Positions 34,901-39,519 of a DNA stretch of 39,519 nt are shown here, one piece after another. The notes under the pieces were generated by a model. That model had not been told where the DNA came from. It saw only the letters and a list, made by a program, of their open reading frames with translations, and ran no database searches. A program made the translations under genes and the position numbers. Numbering within the stretch: position 1 is the first letter of the stretch; the number at the start of each line of letters is the position of its first letter. The DNA comes from a bacterium (GTDB lineage Bacteria; Patescibacteriota; Minisyncoccia; UBA6257; JACOXY01), in NCBI GenBank assembly GCA_030680955.1, contig JAUXUB010000042.1, forward strand, positions 1-39,519, read 5' to 3'.

Positions 34901-35648
34901 GGCGTTTTATTATTGGAAGCATTCCAACTGTTTGACTCTCAACCGAAAATCCAACTCCCGCTCCACACATAGATAAATACATAATCTCGGCAAAGTCGGG
35001 AAGCTTTGACGGTGCAATAAAAGAACAATTGTAAGCTGTTACGTTTGTTTTTTTAGCCGCTTTACCTGCAGACCACATAAGTCGCATAGAAGGCATTACT
35101 TCTTGTTTTAAGATTGCTTCTCTAATTTCTTCGCATTCTTTTTCCTTCAATTTATTCCCAAGATTTTCTTTCATAAAATCTATGTAGCGACCAACTGTCT
35201 CTATCCAAGTTTCTCTTCGTCCTTCATCCTCAATCCATCGCGAGTAAGAGCGGTAGTAAATAAATTCTGAAAGTGGGTTTCTAAAATAACTTTTACTCAT
35301 TTGAGCTAATTGCTGGACATGCTCTGGCACATCTTTTACTTTATCGCGCACGTTCGATCGTTCATTTCTATATAAAATGTAAGCTTTTGCAACTTTTGAA
35401 AAATCTGAAAGTATAAGAGACTCTTCAACTAAGTCCTGAATCTCTTCAATATGCGGAACATACTCATTTGGAAACTTTTTTTCTAATTCTTTTATAACGC
35501 TATCTGTTAAAATTCCCGGATCTCGAGAAAGTTCACCCTCGCCAGTTGCTTGCATCGCACGATACACGGCATTATATATTTTTTGGCGGTCAAAAAATAC
35601 CACTCGACCGTCTCGCTTCCTTACTGACTCAAATTTTTGTTTCGACAT
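31881..35648 (-). CDS. nrdJ: class II (B12-dependent) ribonucleotide reductase with an N-terminal ATP-cone, interrupted by an intein
   Basis: ATP-cone-like VRKRDGRVVFFDRQKI. The active-site TNP|C..GEIxL..FCNL block is split by 480 aa. Mature size would be about 775 aa. Confidence 0.85.
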   Translation of the reverse strand: MSKQKFESVRKRDGRVVFFDRQKIYNAVYRAMQATGEGELSRDPGILTDSVIKELEKKFPNEYVPHIEEIQDLVEESLILSDFSKVAKAYILYRNERSNVRDKVKDVPEHVQQLAQMSKSYFRNPLSEFIYYRSYSRWIEDEGRRETWIETVGRYIDFMKENLGNKLKEKECEEIREAILKQEVMPSMRLMWSAGKAAKKTNVTAYNCSFIAPSKLPDFAEIMYLSMCGAGVGFSVESQTVGMLPIIKRQTGKMLITHVIEDSKEGWGDALTHGLKTWYSGHDVKFDYSALRPAGARLMTMGGRSSGPEPLRALLDFARTKILSRQGKRLSTVDVHDVICKIGEVVVMGGVRRTALISLSDLDDDKMRDSKAGKFYLTEPQRSMANNSATYNSKPTTTEFLGEWLALAQSGSGERGIFNRGGLEKQMPERRFKKFKKHLATSGTNPCVSGDTLVYVADGRGHVSIKQLTEEGKDVPVFCLDNKNKTVVRYMRNPRVTGFREPIYRMMLDDGSSVKATANHKFRLKTGEYRQVKDLHPGDSLQIITKFEASIKDIFPKANSRSQDYWWLNSGKTNNAAEHRVIAEFYYNTQIPKDFVVHHRDRNAQNNTPENLELLSKQAHDSLHSSLMIGDANPMKRALFEWNEQKWIEYRAKHSKNNTGTRNKNFSGITDEELREHALALSKKLEKRFTNKDWIYYAKENGLPQFFSKWRRDHLDGVLGLAKWAAIELGFDYADADPRVVASYKKYTKDGYNCEIRDGQVVIKKNCEVCGKRFEAGIGRREYGVCGISCGLKRAWSNPELKSDFVDRLNEVHHKRKELRRMEQAKIFTDLKFKIGREPLKIEWLSACRENNISSEIARVSSPFRTYENLREFAEMYNHKVASIEFIGYEDVYNGTVDEYHNYFVGGFASETRNGKRKLVYLNNLQCGEIILRSKSFCNLTEVVARAEDTEKTLLRKIELATILGTYQSTLTNFPYLSKEWKQNCDEERLLGVSITGQWDSHAARNPKTLTKMREYAIEVNKEYAKRFGVNRSASITCVKPSGTVSQLVDASSGMHPRHAKFYIRRVRIAASDSLFQMLKEQKFPYYPEVGQSSESASTYVLEFPVKAPGGSIFKDDLSAIEQLEYWKKVKENYTEHNPSVTISVGNDEWIETSNWLYKNWPILGGLSFLPREDHVYQLAPYEEITEERYKELTAKLPQVDFSYIVTYEKDDQTQGAKELACVSGVCEVELPAVAMPVNSEINPVRSESSNESTA
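32871..34310 (-). mobile_element. 480-aa intein (residues 447-926) carrying an HNH endonuclease domain
   Basis: Block A CVSGDTLVYV, block B KATANHKF, HNH VVHHRDRNAQNNTPENLELLSKQAHDSLH, block F VYNGTVDEYHNYFVGG. It ends ..LNNLQ|CGEI. Confidence 0.85.
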
Positions 35649-35655
35649 ATAAATA

Positions 35656-35745
35656 ATTCGAATATTACAAATTTTTTTACGAATGATACGAATAATTTTT
35701 TAATTCGTTACATCCGAAGTTATATTCGTGACGTTCGTATTGTTA
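35656..35745. repeat. ATTCGT periodic palindrome (H2) directly upstream of the reductase start
   Basis: TACGAATGATACGAATAA ... AATTCGTTAC..TATTCGTGACGTTCGTATTG. Confidence 0.8.
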
Positions 35746-36097
35746 CAAGACAATAAAAACCCGTCGCAGGTTTTTAAATTTTTTAATAATTTTATCTACT
35801 TCGAACATGTATTATTTTAGCATAATAAAATACCCGCGCTACGGGTATTTATCCACAAGAATTTGATCTAATTCTAAATCTTTTAAAATAAGGCCAATAT
35901 TCGATATTTTATGATTTATTAGACAATAGACCTTGTGTATAATTCCTTTTCTACTACAATTTCCATATTTTAGCTCCAACTTTGTAAAAATTTTTCAATG
36001 TATACTCTGTATACACCTTCAAAATTTTTACTTTGTCTCGCTTAAAATTTGGAACTTTCGTGACGAAAAGAATTATGCAAAAGGTCTAATAATATTT

Positions 36098-37300
36098 CTA
36101 GATTTTTCTCTTTTTTCTTCTCATAAAAGCAGGTACTTCCCAAACATCGCCTTCTTCTTCAGTTGGCTCTGTTTTTACTTCCGCCTTTATCGATTTAAAA
36201 TCTAATTTTGGTTCCGGATCTAAATCTGTCTCCGTTAATTTTATTCCTTCGGCCCGATAACTCGTCTGAAGAATCGCAGCTGGCGCAGACGACTGCTTAT
36301 CTTTTTCATAAAGATTACTAAAAAGTGAATTCGCCGGTTTGGGAGCATTAAAACCTGTCGCGATAATTGTAACTTTTATATTTCCAGCTCTAAGTCGCTT
36401 GTCATGATAGGCTCCAAAAATAATGCGCGCGCTAGGGTCTACCGCCTCTGCTACTTGGCGGGCAATATCATTAATCTCTGTCATTCTAAGATCACGCCCA
36501 CCCGCAATACCAAGCAACACTCCCTTTGCGCCATCAATAGTTACCTCAAGTAACGGTGAATTTATTGCTTGAGTAACAGCATTCTGTGCTCTATCTTTAC
36601 CAGAAGCTTGACCAACCCCAACAATTGCGGCACCAGCGTCTTCCATAATTACTCGAACATCTGCAAAATCTAAATTTATAATGCCTGGCGCAGCAATAAG
36701 CTCTACAATGCCCGAAACAGCATTTTTTAAAATCATATCAATAGACTCAAACGCTTTAACAACAGACGTATCCTGATTTATAATTGAAAAAATTCTGTCA
36801 TTCGGAATTACAATTAAAGCATCTACTTTATCTTTGAGCTTCATTAGACCTTCTTGCGCAATTCTACTACGCTGCGATCCCTCAAACGAAAATGGCTTTG
36901 TTACCACTGCAATTGTAAGCGCGCCAGCTTGCTTTGCGGCCTCGGCAATCACAGGCGCGCCACCAGTTCCAGTTCCACCACCCATTCCAGCGGTTATAAA
37001 AATAAGATCGCCGCCTTGAAGCGCTTCGGCAATCTCCGAACGGTTTTCTTCTGCGGCTTGTCTACCTAATTCGGGATTCATCCCAGTTCCAAGTCCTTTA
37101 GTGAGATTTCTTCCAATGTAAATTTTATTTCTTACGTTGCAAGAATCTAAATCTTGCACGTCTGTATTCACTGCAATAAATTCTACGCCACGAGTAAAGT
37201 CATTACTCATTCTACTAACTGCATTGCCTCCGCCACCTCCAACTCCAACCACTTTAACGATGGCGCTACCATTCCCATTTTGTGAAACTTTTTTTGCCAT
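36098..37300 (-). CDS. ftsZ: cell division protein FtsZ
   Basis: GVGGGGGNAV, GMGGGTGTGGAPVIAE. I prefer the ATG at 37300 (MAKKV); the track's upstream start at 37345 is a TTG. Confidence 0.95.
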   Translation of the reverse strand: MAKKVSQNGNGSAIVKVVGVGGGGGNAVSRMSNDFTRGVEFIAVNTDVQDLDSCNVRNKIYIGRNLTKGLGTGMNPELGRQAAEENRSEIAEALQGGDLIFITAGMGGGTGTGGAPVIAEAAKQAGALTIAVVTKPFSFEGSQRSRIAQEGLMKLKDKVDALIVIPNDRIFSIINQDTSVVKAFESIDMILKNAVSGIVELIAAPGIINLDFADVRVIMEDAGAAIVGVGQASGKDRAQNAVTQAINSPLLEVTIDGAKGVLLGIAGGRDLRMTEINDIARQVAEAVDPSARIIFGAYHDKRLRAGNIKVTIIATGFNAPKPANSLFSNLYEKDKQSSAPAAILQTSYRAEGIKLTETDLDPEPKLDFKSIKAEVKTEPTEEEGDVWEVPAFMRRKKRKI

Positions 37301-37482
37301 ATGAACATTAATCAAATCGCGAATTAAGGTCTCTAATTCTCTCAAATGCCGTAAGATTTCGAGAATATTCGAGATTCCAATTCGAGACTTTACTCATAAG
37401 TTACCTAATTATCGCTACTATCCTACTACAAAATACTAGAAGAATGCAAATCAATAAAAAAGGAGCAATTATGGCCCAATTT

Positions 37483-37638
37483 ATACCATCCTCAATTAAC
37501 CACTTCCTAAAAGACTTTTGTCATTGCGAGGGCGAAGCCCGCGGCAATCCAGGAAATAATGAGATAAATCTAGATTGCTTCGTCGTTCCTCCTCGCAAAG
37601 ACGAGATTAAAAGAGTAGTGGATAATTGGGGATGGTAT
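37483..37638. mobile_element. MITE-like element (H3), copy C, in the ftsA-ftsZ spacer
   Basis: ATACCATCCTCAATTAACCAC...GTGGATAATTGGGGATGGTAT. Near-identical core to copies A and B. Confidence 0.85.
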
Positions 37639-37656
37639 TACAACGCATTCTGAATA

Positions 37657-38892
37657 TTATGGAAGAAGATTTTTCAAAAACGATTTAATGAAACTAAACC
37701 AAGAGTCACCAAAAGCTGTTGGTAAAAATGAACCCGCGGACTGTATTGGAGCGCCAAGTAGTAATAGTCCTGCGGCACAGACAAATTCTGGATCTTCGAG
37801 TTCTGCTTCATAGGAATTATCTACAATCTCAAAAGATCCGAGAGGAATTCCAATTTGAGTGGAGATACGAAGCTCTTGCCGTGCTAAGTCTGCAATTCCA
37901 GGAAGCTTGGCGCCACCACCAACGAGAACTAACCCTGCAGGCAATTCGCCGTATTTACCAATTTGCTTCAATTCAGAATTTACAAATTCAAATATTTCTG
38001 CAAGTCGTGATTGAACAATCTCCGACAAAAATCTTCTAGAAATTTGGTTCCTTAAAACGCCTTGCGCAATAGTTTGCGGCTCTACCATTTCTTTTGGTGC
38101 AACGTGCTTTGAAAGAGCATAACCAAAATGAAGTTTTAATGTCTCTGCTTCATGAACCGGAATTTTAAAACCAATCGCAACATCATTTGAAATATGCGCA
38201 GCGCCAATTGGCAAAACTGCTACATGCAATAATTTACTTTCTTCATAGACAGAGAGTGCGGCAGTTTGTGCTCCAATATCCAAAATTGCAACTCCAAGTT
38301 CTTTTTGTTTTTTAGTTAGTGCGGCGCGTGATGATGCAATTGAACCCAAAATAAATCCGCCAACACGTCCACCACTTACCTCAATTACTCTACTTAAATT
38401 TTTAAGGTATGTTGCAAAAACTTCTATAACCACACTTTCAACTTCAAGTCGTGAACCCACAAGGCCAGCCGGGTCTTGCACGTCGTGAATTCCATCTACA
38501 ATAAATTCGCGAGTTATGGTGTGAATTATTTTTCTGTTTGGTGAAATGTTTATTGCTTGGGACGCTTTAACTACCCTATCCACATCATCCTGATATATTT
38601 CGCTGTCAGCACGAGAAACTGCAATAATTCCTTTTGAAATGTGCGAGGCGACTTGCGGCCCATTTACACTTACAAAAATATTTTTACTTGCTACGCGATA
38701 TTCTTTTCGCAAAATTTGAATCGCATCACCAACTGAAGCCGCCGCATCATCAAGGTCAGAAATTGTACCGCGGCGCATTCCCTCTGCCGGCATTTTTAAT
38801 ATACGAAGTAGGCGAATAGTACCATCTTTTTTGGTGTCCCCTACTAACACTTTTATATTTTGGGAACCGATATCTAATGCGGCGATCTGCAT
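37657..38892 (-). CDS. ftsA: cell division protein FtsA
   Basis: MQIAALDIGSQNIKVLVG.., actin-like ATPase motifs (DIGAQT, VLVGGGAKL), upstream of ftsZ. Confidence 0.92.
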   Translation of the reverse strand: MQIAALDIGSQNIKVLVGDTKKDGTIRLLRILKMPAEGMRRGTISDLDDAAASVGDAIQILRKEYRVASKNIFVSVNGPQVASHISKGIIAVSRADSEIYQDDVDRVVKASQAINISPNRKIIHTITREFIVDGIHDVQDPAGLVGSRLEVESVVIEVFATYLKNLSRVIEVSGGRVGGFILGSIASSRAALTKKQKELGVAILDIGAQTAALSVYEESKLLHVAVLPIGAAHISNDVAIGFKIPVHEAETLKLHFGYALSKHVAPKEMVEPQTIAQGVLRNQISRRFLSEIVQSRLAEIFEFVNSELKQIGKYGELPAGLVLVGGGAKLPGIADLARQELRISTQIGIPLGSFEIVDNSYEAELEDPEFVCAAGLLLLGAPIQSAGSFLPTAFGDSWFSFIKSFLKNLLP

Positions 38893-38942
38893 TTGCTTTG
38901 CTCAAAATCAAAGATTAAATATATAGTGTCGCTTCGCGACTT

Positions 38943-39407
38943 TTATATAAATCGTTCCGCAGGAACACCTAAATTTTGATTTTTTAATTTTGATTTTTTA
39001 ATTTTATGCAAAAGATGTTTCTCCATCTTTTGCATTCTTATAGTATCATTTTTTCTCTCGTGTTCAAAACCTAAAAGGTGCAAAAATCCATGAATTAGTA
39101 AATAGACAATATCTTCATTGTGTATCCTTATATAGTCCGGAGCCAAATAAATTTCGCCAAGAGTTTTTGGGACATTTGACGGCATAATAAAACCTTTTGG
39201 AGGGACAAATGAAAGCACATTGGTCACCTTATCCTTTTTGCGATAATCACGATTTAACTTACGCATAGTCCTATTATCTACTAAATATAAGGACGTAAAA
39301 AAATCACCTTTCTTGGTAAGGCTAATTAATTTTTTAAGAACACTTGCCATTTGAGGCTCAAGCTTTTTATAACTCTTGCCAACACTAGTCACAGAAACTT
39401 TATTCAT
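38943..39407 (-). CDS. ybeY: rRNA maturation endoribonuclease YbeY
   Basis: HGFLHLLGFEHE metal-binding motif in a 154-aa protein. Confidence 0.9.
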   Translation of the reverse strand: MNKVSVTSVGKSYKKLEPQMASVLKKLISLTKKGDFFTSLYLVDNRTMRKLNRDYRKKDKVTNVLSFVPPKGFIMPSNVPKTLGEIYLAPDYIRIHNEDIVYLLIHGFLHLLGFEHERKNDTIRMQKMEKHLLHKIKKSKLKNQNLGVPAERFI

Positions 39408-39445
39408 GTACCTACACTTTATCTTAAAATAAGTTGAGTGGCAAG

Positions 39446-39477
39446 AAAAAAAATAACACGTTGTGAAGCGTGTTATT
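39446..39477 (-). terminator. terminator hairpin overlapping the stop codon of the upstream partial gene
   Basis: The minus strand reads AATAACACG-cttcacaa-CGTGTTATT followed by TTTTTTT. Confidence 0.6.
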
Positions 39478-39519
39478 TAAAACCCATTTTACCAAGCAAA
39501 GAAATGAGTTTTTCTAAAA
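39473..39519 (-). CDS. 3' end (15 codons) of an unidentified gene entering from the right edge
   Basis: Only one minus-strand frame is open to the window edge (..LEKLISLLGKMGFK*), and a terminator follows. It is too short to identify. Confidence 0.25.
   Translation of the reverse strand, partial: LEKLISLLGKMGFK

Noticed and set aside
35933-36205. ORF 35933..36205 (plus) and ORF 23143..23409 (minus)
   Set aside because: Both are low-complexity Phe/Ile/Leu-rich translations of AT-rich spacer. They overlap the ftsZ 3' end and a terminator hairpin respectively.
37444-37653. ORF 37444..37653 (69 aa) with an SD-like AAGGAG upstream
   Set aside because: It is a translation straight through MITE copy C. 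The equivalent copies A and B do not keep this frame.

Overview
AT-rich bacterial window whose features fit a Candidate Phyla Radiation (Patescibacteria)-type genome. The identifiable genes are: a type IV pilin-like gene; toxin-antitoxin modules (DUF4258/DUF2283, a decayed RelE remnant, and a Panacea/DUF4065 antitoxin with a RelE-like partner); a sensor kinase and an orphan receiver; rplS; the rpsL-rpsG-fusA operon; tRNA-Ala; a glycan cluster (2x GH130, a GT4 fusion, an (alpha/alpha)6 hydrolase, GT4, a PIG-L deacetylase, murB); an orphan 924-aa protein; an IMPDH-family enzyme; a class II ribonucleotide reductase split by a 480-aa HNH intein; and ftsA-ftsZ-ybeY. The 16S rRNA gene spans about 3.5 kb on the minus strand. 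It carries two large insertions at functionally critical sites, one of which encodes a LAGLIDADG endonuclease, plus three expansion hairpins. It is not linked to a 23S gene, and its 3' tail appears to lack the CCUCC anti-Shine-Dalgarno sequence. The most unusual content is non-coding. (1) A dispersed family of AATATT-box hairpins has arms that differ between copies yet stay complementary, and one copy is inserted in frame in a hydrolase gene. (2) Long palindromes built from about 10-bp ATTCGT units flank housekeeping genes. (3) AT-rich periodic-unit hairpins occur both in intergenic spacers and inside 16S expansions. (4) A 156-bp MITE is present in three copies. (5) A roughly 600-bp GC-rich structured intergenic region upstream of murB contains a promoter-to-terminator small transcript and a 143-nt element closed by a perfect 16-bp stem. 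All calls come from reading the sequence by eye; no database search was possible.
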